A stretch of 64,000 nucleotides of DNA from Squalus acanthias (GCA_030390025.1 CM059432.1:26848001-26912000), one strand, 5' to 3'. Numbered from the stretch's first letter, positions 1 to 12,899 are shown. The notes: a model not told the origin generated them from the letters alone. Numbers and translations are program-made.

Positions 1-1655
1 CAAGAACCCAGCCACAGCCACCACAATGCTAAAGTCCTTGAACTCAGTGAGACATGAAAGGTGAAGGAGCCTTGTGGAGAAGACTAACTTCACTCACTCC
101 AGCAGGAAAGCATGGGCCCTGCTCCGTCATCCCCACCTATAAACACAGGACGATCATCAGAGCGACGCCATTGCATCCCATTTGACACAAACGGTGGACA
201 AAGAATTGCGATGCCAGGTGAAGCCGCAGCTTTCGACAAACTTGATGGCGGCACCAAGATCGTCAACTATGTCTGATCCATTCACCTTGGATGAACTAAA
301 CGCAGCCCTGTCGACGACCAAATCTGGAAAAGCTGCCAGTCCAGATGGTGTTTACCCAGAATTGCTAAAAGCACTGGGACCCAAAGCGAAGAGATGGTTG
401 ACCTCCTTCTTCTCTGAGGTTCTGGCAACTGGTAAAATTCCACCTATTTGGAGGGAGACTAAAATAATTGCCCTCCTGAAGAATGCTTGTGAAGCCTCCA
501 GCTACTGTCCGATCTCCTTACTTTGCACTTGTTATAAAGTACTGGAGAGGCCACTACTCCACAGACTAGCCCCCATCATCGAGCCAACCATCCTAAGGAG
601 TAAGCGGGCTTCCGGAGCGGCCGTAACTGCTGCGACCAAGTGGTAGCTTTAACAACGCACATCGAAGCAGGCTTCTAGCGCCAGCTCAAGACCGCCATCG
701 CACTTGTGGACCTGTCAGCGGCGTATGACACAGTATGGAAGCATGGATGGCTTTTCAAGCTCTCCACCATTTTACCCTGCAGAACAACGATCCATCTTCT
801 CAACTCCATGCTTAGCAACCGACGCTTCCATATGTACTCTGGCACCCAGAAGAGCAGATATAGGACATTGAACAACGGACTCCCACAGGGTTCTGTCCTG
901 GCACCCATATTATTCAACGTTTACACCAGTGACCTGTCCGAAACAGAGTCCTGCAAGTTTGTATACGGTGATGACATTGCCTTGGCCACGCAAAACATGA
1001 ATCTGTCCATCACCGAAGAGACCCTGACCAGTAATTTACAGAGGATGGAGGCCTACTTCCGCCAATGGCGACTTCGACCAAACCCGCAAAAGACCGTCAC
1101 CTCGACATTCCCCCTCAGCACCCATCAATTAAACCAAGCTTTGAAAGTCTCCTTTAGCAGTGCAGAGGTAAACCATGCCAAAAAAAACCCTCCTATTTAG
1201 GAGTCACACTCGATCGCACCCTGTCGTATAGACAACATCTCCAGAACCTAAAGAGCAGGGTCAACTTGATCCAGAAACTCGCCAGATCCACATGGGGAGC
1301 AGACGCTCAAACCCTCCGTACGGCAGCACTCGCCCTGGTGTACTCTACAGCAGAGTACTGCTCTCCGGCATGGCTATCGAGTCTGCATGTCAAATCTGTT
1401 GATGTCCAGCTGAATTCTACTATAAGAATTATCACCGGTACGCTTTTATCGACGTCAACACCTTGGCTGCCCATGCTTGCAAACATCGCACCACCACACC
1501 TACACCGCGAATATGCAGTCTCCAGAGAATACAACCGCTGCACCAGCAAAGACACGTCAATCCAGGCCGACTTGAACAACCTACCACCAACCCATCTCAA
1601 ATCTAGAAGGCCATTTTGGACCGTCGCCGAAGCCCTTCAGCGATCTCCCTCAGTC
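1..1655 (+). mobile_element. Ingi/Vingi-like (I-group) non-LTR retrotransposon, frameshifted RT and C-terminal region
   Basis: ORFs 182-646, 706-1200 and 1266-1712 give KSGKAASPDG, DLSAAYDTVW, GLPQGSVLAPILFN, YGDD and KLARSTWGADAQTLRTAALALVYSTAEYC, motifs typical of Ingi/Vingi RT. Broken by stops and frameshifts. Confidence 0.8.
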
Positions 1656-1664
1656 TTGATGACT

Positions 1665-1765
1665 GATGTAGCTCAAATATCTGTCTATCTCTGCCTTGAA
1701 TATATTCAATGACTCCGCCTCCACAGTTCTCTGGGGTAGAGAATTCCAAAGATTCACGACCCTCG
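1665..1765 (-). mobile_element. CR1 LINE 3' fragment
   Basis: Reverse complement of the CR1 'RVVNLWNSLPQR...NIFK' region seen at 12320-12420. Confidence 0.75.
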
Positions 1766-1774
1766 GTAAGGTTC

Positions 1775-1840
1775 AATGATTCTAACCCACAACCTTCCGA
1801 CTCAGAGGCATGAGTGCTCCCAGCTGAGCCCAGCCGACAC
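1775..1840 (-). mobile_element. tRNA-derived SINE head (SacSINE1-like)
   Basis: Reverse complement gtgtcggctgggctcag...ctctgagtcggaaggttgtggg resembles the head of the 30763 copy. Confidence 0.55.
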
Positions 1841-2436
1841 TACCCTCAGCACACTGCTTGAAAAGGAGCCGAATGTTCTCATAGTGTCCTGGCCAACATT
1901 CCTCTCTGAGCCAGTACCACTGAAAAAATATGAGTGCGTAATAATCAGTGGTACAAAGGGATGAGGCGAAAAGCATTACAATCTGGTCCTCCTTTTAACA
2001 GCTGTCCCTCGATCCAGCTGGAGGAGACTGGTTTCCTGCTCAGAGAAGGCTCACTTCCATGAGCAAAAATCATTTAATTTTATTCTTTGAAAAGATAATC
2101 GATTTTCTAGGGATGTTAAAGTCAGAGCAGGTTTAAATTCACACATTAACATTTACAGTCTGTTACCAATGAGAGGCTGTGAGTATGTAATAGACAAAAG
2201 ACTTAGGTGATTCCATCCTTTTCTGACACATCGCAATTAGATCATCAAAAACACAGGCAATTGCTCTGTCCCAAGATTTAATACAGATTATTTTCTTCAT
2301 GTCATTAAATGGAATATGTTTCAATTTTATTTTTCAAATATCATTCTCCAGAACAAAATCCACAATGCATTACATGGAATGATGGCTCCCCCCAGTGGCC
2401 GATCAGCTGAAATGCTTTTCAAGCTTAAAAAAGGTA

Positions 2437-2553
2437 ACGAAGGAGCAGCGCTCCGAAAGCTTGTGATTTCAAATAAAACTGTTGGACTATAACCTGGTGT
2501 TGTGCGACTTCTCACATTTGTCCACCCCAGTCCAACACCGGCATCTCCACATC
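2437..2553 (+). mobile_element. Penelope-like pLTR fragment (family N), truncated within the hammerhead core
   Basis: acgaaggagcagcgctccgaaagcttg...ggactataacctggtgttgtgcgacttctc...ccagtccaacaccggcatctccacatc, nearly identical to 30626-30743. Confidence 0.8.
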
Positions 2554-2554
2554 A

Positions 2555-3992
2555 TGCCCTTGAGAAGGTGGTGGTGAGCTGCCTTCTTGAACCGCTGCAG
2601 CCTGTGTGGTGAAGGTACTCCCACAGTGCTGTTAGGGAGGGAGTTCCAGGATTTTGACCCAGCGACGATGAAGGATCGGCGATAAACTTCTAAGTCAGGA
2701 TGGTGTGTGACTTGGAGGGGAACTTGGAGGTGGTGGTGTTCCCATGCGCCTGCTGCCCTTGTCCTTCTAGGTGGAAGAGGTCGCGGGTTTGGGAGGTGCT
2801 GCCGAAGAAGCCTTGGCAAGTTGCTGCAGTGCATCTTGCAGATGGTACACACTGCAGCCATGGTACGCCGGTGGTGGAGGGAGTGAATGTTCAAGGTGGT
2901 CAATGGGGTGTCAACTAAGCGGGCTGCTTTGTCCTGGATGGTGTTGAGCTTCTTGAGTGTTGTTGGAGCTGCACTCATCCAGGCAAGTAGAGAGAATTCC
3001 ATCACACTCCTTATTTGTGACTTGTAGATGGTGGAAAGGCTTTGGGGAGTCAGGAGGTGAGACACTCACCGCAGAATACCTAGCCTCTGATCTGCTCTTG
3101 TTGCCACAGTATTTATGTGGCTGGTCCAGTTAAGTTTCTGGTCAATAGTGACCCCCAGGATGTTGATGATGGGGGATTCGGCGATGGTAGTACCGTTGAA
3201 TGTCAAGGGGCGGTGGATAGACTCTAGCTTGTTGGAGATAGTCATTGTCTGGCACTTGTGTAGCGCGAATGTTACCTGCCACTTATCAGCCCAAGCCTGA
3301 ATGTCGTCCAGGTCTTGCTGCATGCGGGCATGGACTGCTTCATTATCTAAGGAGTTGCGAATGGAACTGAATGCTGTGCAATCATCAGTGAACATCCCCA
3401 CTTCTGACCTTATGATGGAGGAAAGGTCATTGCTGAAGCAGCTGAAGATGATTGGGCCTAGGACACTGCCCTGAGGAACTCCTGCAGCGATGTCCTGGAT
3501 CTGAGATGATTGACCTCCAACAACCACAACCATCTTCCTTTTTGCTAGGTATGGTTCCAGCCAGTGGAGAGTTTTCCCCCTGATTCCCATTGACTTCAAT
3601 TTTACTGGGGCTCCTTGATGTCACACTCGGTCAAATGCTGCCTTGATGTCAAGGGCAGTCACTTTCAGCTCTTCTGTCTGTATTTGGACCAAGGCTGTCG
3701 TGAGGTCTGGAGCCGAGTGGTCCTGACAGAACCCAACTGAGCATCAGTGAGCAGGTTATTGGTGAGTAAATGCCGCTTGTTAGCACTGTCGATGACACCT
3801 TCCATCACTTTGCTGATGATTGAGAGTAGGCTGATTGGGCGTTAATTGGCCGGATTGGATTTGTCCTGATTTTTGTGGACAGGACATACCTGGGCAGTTT
3901 TCCACATTGTCAGGTAAATGCCAGTTTTGTAGTTGTACTGGAACAGCTTGGCTAGAGGCGCGGCTAGTTCTGGAGCACAAGTCTTCAGCACG
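2555..3992 (-). mobile_element. CR1/L2-group LINE family B, 3' part (RT)
   Basis: Minus ORFs 3066-3599 (GVPQGSVLGP, MFTDD) and 2487-3065 (KSWNSLPNS). Confidence 0.9.
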
Positions 3993-4009
3993 ACAGCATT
4001 GGACAGCTA

Positions 4010-5130
4010 AATGCTTTTCCAGCATTGCTTATGGTCCAGGAGGAGCAGGGGTGCTTCCCCCAGCCCACCATGCGAACCTGTTAACCTCCCCAGTATTCAG
4101 AACACACCCACCCCCGCCCCGCGATCCAATGCTCCCGATTTGTCCTCCATGGCCCGCGATCTCCTCCTGGACTCCACCAACTCCATGTCCTCCACGGGGC
4201 CTCTGCGATCTTCTCCCCCGATCTCCCGATCCGTTCTGCGATCTCCCCTCCTCCCCAGTTCTCTCTGCACCCCCACACGATCTTCTCACCTGCTCCCCAA
4301 TCTCTCTGTTGCCCCCCCCCCCCCAGTCTTCACCCCTCCTCTCTAATCTCACCGACCCCTTCCGCGGCCTTCTCACATCATCCCCTCCTCTCCAATCTCT
4401 CTGACCCCTTCCGCGGTGTTCTCCACTCCTTCCCAATCTCTCCGACCCACCGCAACCTTCTCAACTCCTCCCCCGATCTTTCCGGCCCCTTCCATGATCT
4501 TCACCCCTCCTCCCCAATCTCTCCGACCCCTTACGGAATCTTCTCCTCTCTTCCCTCGCTCTCACCGACTCTTCCACGATCTTCTCCCCTCCTCCCCTGA
4601 TCTCTCTGGAGCACACCAATCGATGTCCCCCCAACCCCCAATCTCTCCCTCCCTCCTCTACGCTCCCCGGCAGCCAGCCAGCCTCTCAATCTGGTTATAT
4701 GTATCGAGACCACAGTTTCCCCTGGTTGACAAATCACTTACAAGCGATCATAGACTCAGGTTTATCCCTAAATATGAAGGGATAAGTTCAGGGTTATTGC
4801 AGCATTGAATGCTTTTTCACAAGTGGGCATTATGGCAGAGACTGCAGTTGTGTTTTTGACAATGACCGGCAGGTTGCAGGTCAGACGATCAGGCACCAGC
4901 CTCGCATGCCTGACTCACACGACCAATTTTCTGGCAAGCAATATGGGAGCAAATAATGGGGTTGCACTACCAGGAGGGGCAGGTTCGTTTAAAAGCATTT
5001 ATAAAGTTTGGGCCTCTGGAATGTACATCAGCAGGCAAGACTCGTCAATAAAAACTGGGTAATTAGGAGTCCCAGGCCAGGCCTGCTGAAGCAGGCTTCT
5101 TAAAGATGGAAGGTCTTTTTTTGCATGGTT
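4010..5130. mobile_element. non-autonomous DNA-transposon (Harbinger-type MITE) relic with a CT-rich internal region
   Basis: ggaggagcaggggtgcttcc and gcagccagcctctcaatc blocks shared with 15660-17293; CT-rich cgatct repeats at 4100-4660. Confidence 0.45.
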
Positions 5131-5160
5131 TCCAGTATTATTTGCTGTATTTTGCACCAT

Positions 5161-5880
5161 ACATAAGAACATCAGAAATAGGAGCAGGAGTAGGCCATTT
5201 GGCCCTTCGAGCCTGCTCTGCCATTCAATAAGATCATGGTTGATCTTCTACCTCGGGGAAAGGCTGTTCCCACTAGTTGATGGTACAAGGACTAGGGGAC
5301 ACAGATTTTAGGTTTTGGGCAAGCGATACAGGGGGGATGTGAGGAAAATCTTTTTTACGCAGCGAGTGGTGAGGACCTGGAACTCGCTGCCGACGGAAGT
5401 GGTGGAAGCGGAGACACTCAATGTTTTCAAGGGGAGACTGGATAGGCACTTGAGGGAAATAAACTTGCAGGGCTACGGGGATAGAGCGGGGGAATGGGAC
5501 TGACTAGATTACTCTACAAAGAGCTGGCACGGACTCGATCGGCCGAATGGCCTCCTTCTGTGCTGTTATGACTCTATAACTTTCCTGCACTATCCCCATA
5601 TCCCTTGATTCCCTTAATATTCAAAAATCTATCGATCTCTGTCTTGAATATACTCAACTACTGAGCCTCCACAGCCCTCTGGGGTAGAGAATTCCAAAGA
5701 TTCACCACCCTCTGAGTGAAGAAATTTCTCCTCACCTCAGACCCCTTATTCTGAGACTGTGACCCCGAGTTCTAGACTCCCCAGCCAGGGTAAAAATCCT
5801 TGAATATTTTTAAGGCAGAGATAGATAGATTCTTGATAAGCAATCTCAATCTCTCCTCATAGGACAATCCCCCCATCCCA
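5161..5880. mobile_element. nested CR1 3' ends: minus-strand copy interrupted by a plus-strand copy (5255-5577)
   Basis: Minus CR1 tail stops at ...cttctacctc and resumes at aactttcctgcactatcc. The insert encodes [14 protein letters not shown] (ORF 5315-5503). Confidence 0.8.
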
Positions 5881-5913
5881 TACATTAGTAGGTTCTGCAG
5901 TTTTTCATTTTTG

Positions 5914-6560
5914 GGGGTGAAATTCGTCTTGGAATTGACTTCAGTGATAAAGAAAATCGGGTGGAGTGTAAAACTGGCAGCCGATGCGCTATCACTCGTT
6001 TTGGGGGACGCCTCAGATGAATTTGATCCCCTTTTTGGGTTTTGTGACCGCTAATTTTTTGCTCCAACCTTTTGCTACAAACTTGATGTCGCCCGTTAGA
6101 AAAGTGAGCATGGGTATTTCTTCTGAATGAGCCGCATAATTGAGATGAAGAAGGGGAACGTGTGAGGGGGCAACAAATGCAGTTGCAATGCCCCCTGCGA
6201 CCACACCCGTCACTACCCTGGAAGCTGCACCTGGACGTGTGCCACCTCTGCTTCACAAGACAGGCTGACACAGAGCTGTGCCATCTGCTGCTATTGATCT
6301 GCACACAACATCTGGACCAGGGACATCTCCTCCTGTGGAGGTGAAGGTTATCACAGCGTGAAGCTCTCATGTTGTCGCATCCTTCCAAGCCACTCCGAGC
6401 AGACAACCATCGCATCAGGCAGGCTGCAGACCACAAATGTATCAGGGAGGTGACACTATATTTGCAAGGAGCATCACTTTTGTTACTTTTCCTGTGGAAT
6501 CACACACAGATTTCATTGCGAGGCAGTGTTCCCTAGAGTGCAGAGTTGCACACGGTGTTG
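5914..6560 (+). mobile_element. PIF/Harbinger transposon relic: 5' TIR and degenerate HARBI1-like transposase N-terminus
   Basis: GGGGTGAAATT terminus; translated fragments CFTRQADTELCHLL, PVEVKVITA, HKCIREVT and FPRVQ match the Harbinger transposase N-terminal half. Confidence 0.7.
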
Positions 6561-6569
6561 ATGTCTATG

Positions 6570-6840
6570 CTGAACAATGAGAGTACCTTTCGCAACCTGG
6601 CCACGAGCAAACCATGCGAGGAGATTCTAATCAAATACCCCCAGATCCCCGATCTTTTGATATACGGCCTAGACAAGCAGAAATGGTTTGTATCTGATGT
6701 CTCATGTGGCATGATCTTGAAGTACCGTTGTGTGTGCAGAAGTGACGTGTTGCACACGAAGCAACAAGTATGCGGAATGCATGATGAAGATGCACTGAAG
6801 AACATGCTCAGTCACACTGACAACACCACTACATGAAATG
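6570..6840 (+). mobile_element. probable RTE-clade LINE C-terminal relic
   Basis: QIPDLLIYGL...ILKYRCVCRSDV resembles the RTE C-terminal motif RIPKDLLYGEL...LRYKDVCKRD. Confidence 0.4.
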
Positions 6841-6973
6841 GTTAATGTGGCTCAGGAGATTGAGAGTATGTATTGTATCACTACTAATTTAAAACTTTTA
6901 CTCAAGGTTCTGACACATGCAGAGAAACTGACCGTTTACATACAAATTAATGAAACACCCAGGATATAATTAA

Positions 6974-7073
6974 TTTCTGATGAAAGGTCATCGACCTGAA
7001 ACGTTAACTCTGTTTCTCACACCACGGATGCTGCCTGACCTGCTGAGTATTTCCAGCATTTTCTGTTTTTATT
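6974..7073 (+). mobile_element. solo Penelope pLTR (family P) with minimal hammerhead ribozyme and 9-bp TSD
   Basis: CTGATGA(6977)-a-AGGTC-atc-GACCT-GAAA-CGTT; flanked by tataattaa at 6965-6973 and 7074-7082. Confidence 0.85.
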
Positions 7074-7564
7074 TATAATTAAACACACTGACACCTATCA
7101 GAGAGATGAAATTGAAAATCCAAAATTCAGAGTTGGTTCCTCTGAATTAACATTGAAAATGGAACAGTTGAGGGCTAGGAAGAAATAATACTTCGAATTA
7201 TCCACCGGATGGATAACAGTAGAAGGAGCGCTGGAGGATCTTTTAAGTCCTGGGGATGATTTCTTAGTATACGGTAGTATTTGGGGAATAATCAGCTTTA
7301 AAATTTTGCTTGCTGTGCAATGTGATACGATTTTCTTTGTGTACTTCATAATGTGTAATATTAAACAAATGAAGCAAAGGCTGCTGAAACAGATAAATGA
7401 AGATTTGTGTATGATCTTAACAAGATAGTGTGTGCTGACCTGACAGTTTTTTGCAGGCCTGCAAAGGCAGAAGGGAAGCTGTCAGGAACACTAGCAGAAA
7501 AGGTTGTATTAAATAACTCCTTTTATGTTCAGGACTTCATTTTGTGGTTAAGTTGTGGTTATAT

Positions 7565-7980
7565 TGGCTCCTGGTCCCCAAATGCCTCAATTTTAAAATG
7601 ATCATCCTCATATTCAAATCTCTCCATGGTCTTGTCCCTTGCTATCTCTGTAACCTCCTCCAGCCTTACAACCATCCGAGATCTCTGCTCTCCTCCAATT
7701 CTAGCCTCTTGTATATCCCTGACTTCCCTCGCCCCACCAGTGTGGCCGTGCCTTCAGCTGTCTAGGCCCTAAGCTTTAGAATTCCCACCATAAACCTCTC
7801 CACCTCTCTCTCCTCCTTTAATTCACTGCTTAAAACCTACGACTCTGACCAAGCTTGTGGCCACCGACCCTAACATCTCCTTCTTTGGCTTAGTGTCAAT
7901 TTTTTAGTCAGATTACACTCCTGTGAGGTGCCTTGGGACTTTTTACTATGTTAAAGGCACTATATAAAATCATGTTGTCA
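7565..7980 (+). mobile_element. L2-clade LINE 3' end
   Basis: WLLVPKCLNFKMIILIFKSLHGLVPCYLCNLL plus an L2-type tail (gtgaggtgccttgggac...aaaggcactatataa). Confidence 0.75.
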
Positions 7981-8294
7981 TTGTTGTGTTCATATGACAT
8001 TACTGATGAAGGTAACTTTTGCACACTTTTCAAACATAGCACAAACCTAAGTTATGAACTGAAGGGGAACCATTTCAAATATTGTGCACAATCATTGCTT
8101 TTTTGTACAAGCACTTTAATTGCACTTCAGCTGCGTGGAACTCCTTTCTTAAAGGTGGAGCTGGCAGCTCAGGAACAGCAAATAGTTGCAGAGTCCAGTG
8201 GAAATCTGGAATCTTGTACGCAAAAGGCTTGGATGCTGGATCAATTGGAGCTTGCTGTCACTCTGTCTCAGCCTCTAATTTTAACTTTATTTTT

Positions 8295-8690
8295 TTTTAA
8301 TTCTCTGGCATGGCTGCATTTATTGCCCATTCTCTCGTTGCCCTGAAAAGATCTTCTCCTTGAACTGCTACAGTCCTTGTGTTGATGGTGCTGTCACGAT
8401 GGTGTTAGGTAAGAAATTTCAGGATATTGACCCAGTGACGATGAATGAACAGTGATATATGTCCACGTCAGTATAGTGTATGATTTGGTGGGGAACTTAG
8501 AAGTGTTGGTGTTCCTAAGGCACTGCTGCTCAAGTTCTTCTTGATGGTAAAGGCCTATAGCGCACAGGTGGTGGATTTTGAGTCCAATGGCAGAGACACA
8601 AATCAAGAAATCTACTCTATCCTGATGGTGTCGTGCTTCTTGAATGTTGTGGGTGCACCCATCCAGTCGAGTGGTGAGTATTCCATCACA
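8295..8690 (-). mobile_element. LINE family B 3' fragment (degenerate)
   Basis: gcatttattgcccat tail and ggatattgacccagtgacgatgaa block shared with 2555-3000. Confidence 0.75.
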
Positions 8691-8699
8691 TATTGCAGT

Positions 8700-10465
8700 C
8701 AGAATCAGGGGAATTTATAATGGGGAACAAAGAAATGGCTGACGAATAATACATACTTTGGTTCTGTCTTCACAAAGGAGGACACAAATAAACTCCCAGA
8801 GATGTCGGGGAACATAGGGTCTAATGAGAGGGAGGAATTGAATGAAATCACTATTTGTAGGGAAATGGTGTTAGGGAAATTGACGGGATTGAAGGCCGAT
8901 AAATCCCCAGGGCCTGATAATCTACATCCTAGGGTACTTATGGAAGTGGCCCTAGAAATAGTAGATGCATTGCTGGTCATCTTTCAAAATTCTATAGACT
9001 CTGGAACAGTTCCCATGGATTGGAGGGTAGCTAATGTAACCCCACTATTTAAAAAAGGTGGTAGAGAAAAAACGGGGAATTATATAAGCCTGACATCGGT
9101 AGTGGGCAAAATGCTAGAGTCCATTATAAAAGATGTAATAGCAGAGCACTTGGAAAACAGTGACAGGATCAGACAAAGTCAACAAAAGGGAAATCATGCC
9201 TGACTAATCTACTGGAATTTTTTGAGCATGTAACTGGTAGAATAGATAAGGGAGAAACAGTGGATGTGGTGTATTTGGACTTTCAGAAGGCTTTCGATAA
9301 GGTCCCGCATAAGAGATTAGCGTGCAAAGTTAAAGCACATGGGATTGGGGGTGAGGTACTGATTTGGATAGAGAGCTGGTTGGCAGACAGGAAGCAAAGA
9401 GTTGGAATAAACGGGTCTTTTTCCGAGTGGCAGGCAGTGACTAGTGGGGTACCACAGGGATCGGTGCTAGGACCCCAGCTATTCACAATATATATTAGTG
9501 ATCTAGACGAGGGAACTAGATGTAATATCTCCAAGTTTGCAGACGACACAAAGCTGGGTGGGCGTGTGTGCTGTGAGGAGGATGCAGAGAAACTCCAGTA
9601 TGATTTGGACAGGTTGGGTGATCTGCATCTGCCATGCATCTGCCCATATAATGTGGATAAATGCGAGGTTATCCACTTTGGTGGCAAAAACAGGAAGACA
9701 GATTATTATCTGAACGGCAATAGATTGGGAAAAGGGGAAGTGCAACGAGATCTGGGAGTCCTTGTGCACCAGTCGCTGAAGGTAAGCATGCAGGTGCAGC
9801 AGGCGGTTAAGAAGGCAAATGGTATGTTGGCCTTCATAGCGAGAGGATTCGAGTACAGGAGCAAGGATGTCTTGCTGCAGTTGTACAAGGCCTTGGTGAG
9901 ACCACACCTTGAGTATTGTGTGCAGTTTTGGTCGCCTTATCTGAGGAAGGATGTTCTTGCCATGGAGGGAGTGCAGCGAAGATTTACCAGACTGATACCT
10001 GGGATGGCAGGAATGACGTATGAAGAGAGATTGGGTCGATTAGGCTTATATTCGCTCGAGTTTAGAAGAATGAGAGGGGATCTCATTGAAACTTATAAAA
10101 TTCTAACAGGAGTAGACAGACTAGATGCAGGAAGGATGTTCCCGATGGCAGGGGAGTCCAGAACCAGAGGCAATAGTCTAAGGATAAGGGCCATTTAGGA
10201 CTGAGATGAGGAGGAATTTCTTCACCCAGAGAGTGGTGAACCTGTGGAATTCTCTACCACAGAAGGCAGTTGAGGCCAATTCATTAAATATATTCAAGAA
10301 GGAGTTAGATATCTTTCTTAAGGCTAAAGGGATCAAGGGATATGGGGAGAAAGCAGGGACAGGGTACTGAATTTGGATGATCAGCCATGATCTCATTAAA
10401 TGGAGGAGCTGGCTCGAGGGGCCAAATGGCCTACTCCTGCTCCTATCTTCTATGCTTCTATGTAT
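8700..10465 (+). mobile_element. CR1 LINE (family A), 5'-truncated, RT domain and 3' UTR
   Basis: ORFs 8802-9203 and 9260-10198: [34 protein letters not shown]; tail ttctatgcttctatg. Confidence 0.95.
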
Positions 10466-10989
10466 CACACTCTTGATTTGAGCCTTGTAGATGTTAGCAA
10501 GGATTTTAGGGGACAGGAGGTGAGCCACTCGTTGCAGAATACTCACCCTCTGCCAAGCTCTCATAACCAGAGTGTTGATCCGGTCAAGCTCCTGGAGACC
10601 CTAAGATGTTGATGGTGGAGGACTCAGCGAAGGTGGTGCTGTTGAAGGTCAAGGAAGAGGTGTTGAGCGCAGGCTGGTGGTCATGGGTCCTCCATACAGC
10701 AAGTTCCAAATCTTTCCTGTGCCACCAGTGGGAGGCCAGGTGCATTTCCACAGCATGGGAGGAAGCATCAAAGAGGGAGTCACCTTGACGATGCTATGCA
10801 TGACTCTTAGCAGCTGCTTACAGAGCGGTGCCGGCAGAGCACAATACAAGATAAATAGGCCCTGTCAAGCTTAAATACAAGACAATTCATAACTCTGTGG
10901 GTGGACTAAGAGTCAGTACAACTGGATCAAAACATTATTGTTGCTCCAAAGTACAGGATCTGAATGTCCTTAAACTCTGATGCGAAAGG

Positions 10990-11325
10990 ATTATGTCAGC
11001 AATTTGTCGTAAATATGTCACTCCAAAAGCCAGCTGGTTTAAAGAGATATGCTTATTGATGGCAGGGTGAGGCACAATTTGAAGAGAGACGGAGTGCCTG
11101 GGGCAGGAGGGCTGGGAAGGAGAGGGGTTAGAAAAGCAAAGGCGGCAAAGTGGATGCCCTTGATTTTGGACATGAATACTGTCCATGAGCTCCTCACATT
11201 TGGTTTCTGAGGTGAGGATTGGGGGCAGAATCAAAGTTGGTCATAGGGGATGATTTGCTGTGAAGAAGTGGGGCTTGGAATTGTTTCTGTTCTCCAGGAT
11301 GATCTTTGAGTAATAAGGGGATTCG
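10990..11325 (-). mobile_element. L2-type ORF2 internal fragment
   Basis: Minus frame TSETKCEELMD plus an upstream YYSKIILE-like segment. Confidence 0.45.
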
Positions 11326-11334
11326 GTCGTGGAA

Positions 11335-12557
11335 GTAGAAAGGGGAACCGGTAGATGTGGTGTATTTGGATTTTCAGAAGGCCTTTGATAAGGTCCCACA
11401 CAAGAGGTTGGTGAACAAAATTAGTGCACATGGAATTGGGGGTAATATAATAGCATGGATTGAGAATTGGTTAACAGACAGGAAACAAAGAGTAGGGATA
11501 AACGGGGCTTTTTCAGGATGGCAGGCTGTGACTAGTGGGGTACCGCAAGTTTCAGTGCTTGGGCCCCAGCTATTCACAATCTATATCAATGATTTGGATG
11601 AGGGGACTAAATGTAACATTTCCAAATTTGCTGATGATCCAAAGTTAGGTGGCAGTGTCAGTTGTGAAGAGGATGTGAAGAGGCTTCAAGGGGATCTTGA
11701 CAGGCTCAGTGAGTAGACGAGAACATGGCAGATGGAATATAATGTGGATAAATGTGAAGTTATCCACTTTGGTAGAAAAAACAGAAAGGCAGAGTATTTC
11801 CTAAATGGTGAAAGATTGGGGAACGCAGATGCTCAAAGGGACCTGGGTGTCCTTGTACATGAGTCACTGAAAGTGAATGTGCAGGTGCAGCAAGCCATTA
11901 GGAAGGCAAATGGTATGCTGGCCTTCATTACAAGAGGATTTGAGTACAGGAGTAAATAAGTCTTACTCCAATTATATAGGGCCTTGGTGAGACCACACCT
12001 GGAGTACTGTGTACAATTTTGGTCTCCTTACCTAAGAAAGGATATACTTGCCATAGAGGGGGTGCAACGAAGGTTCACGAGATTGATTCCTGGGATGGCG
12101 GGACTGTCGTATGAGAAGAGATTGAGTATACTAGGCCTGTATTCTCTTGAATTCAGAAGAATGAGAGGGGTTCTCATTGAAGCATACAAAATTATTACAG
12201 GGCTTGATAGGGTGGATGCTGGGAGAATGTTTCCCTTGGCTGGGGAGTCTAGAACCAGGGGCCACAGCCTCAGGATAAAGGGTAGGCCATTCAGGACTGA
12301 GATGAGAAGAAATTTCTTCACACAGAGGGTGGTGAATCTTTGGAATTCTCTACCCCAGAGGGCTGTGGAGGCTCAGTCATTGGGTATATTCAAAACAGAA
12401 GTCGATAGATTTCTGACTAGTAAGGGCATCAAGGGATATGGCGATAGGGCCGGTGAATGGAGTTGAGGTAGAAGATCAGCCATGATCTCATTGAATGGCG
12501 GAGCAGGCTCGAAGGGCCGAATGGCCTACTCCTGCTCCTATTTCTTATGTTCTTATG
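11335..12557 (+). mobile_element. CR1 LINE (family A), 5'-truncated
   Basis: ORFs 11357-11716, 11732-11959 and 11984-12466 are collinear RT pieces separated by stops; tail ttcttatgttcttatg. Confidence 0.95.
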
Positions 12558-12899
12558 AAAGGGAGCAGCAATATACCATGTCAAATTCAATAATGGATAG
12601 CCAAAATAATCAATGCCAGTTGAAATTCAGCACTAGCTAAATCTTAGTGAGTAAATATGGAATTACATGGACCAGGGATGAGCCCAGCATTCCTCTGTCT
12701 GCGCCATTTTGTGTAGCAAGGCGTCGAGCAGAAGCAGCAGAATCTCCCAGCAGGGTGGAGGGAACACCAGAGGCGGAAGTCATAGATGTGTAGTCACTAA
12801 ATAAGGCGCTGGCATGGCTTGGAAGCAGGCTCTGCACTAGCCTTCTAGGCTGCAGGCATGATAGGCTAAATAGCCTTCTTCCGTGCTGTGAAATTCTGT

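Noticed and set aside
3835..4808. Pro/Ser-rich and Gly/Arg-rich ORFs
   Set aside because: Translations of a CT-rich low-complexity tract inside a MITE
7098..7349. Minus ORF containing LKRSSSAP, reminiscent of the FAM122/PABIR motif
   Set aside because: Only a short low-complexity match, with no further similarity or convincing splice sites
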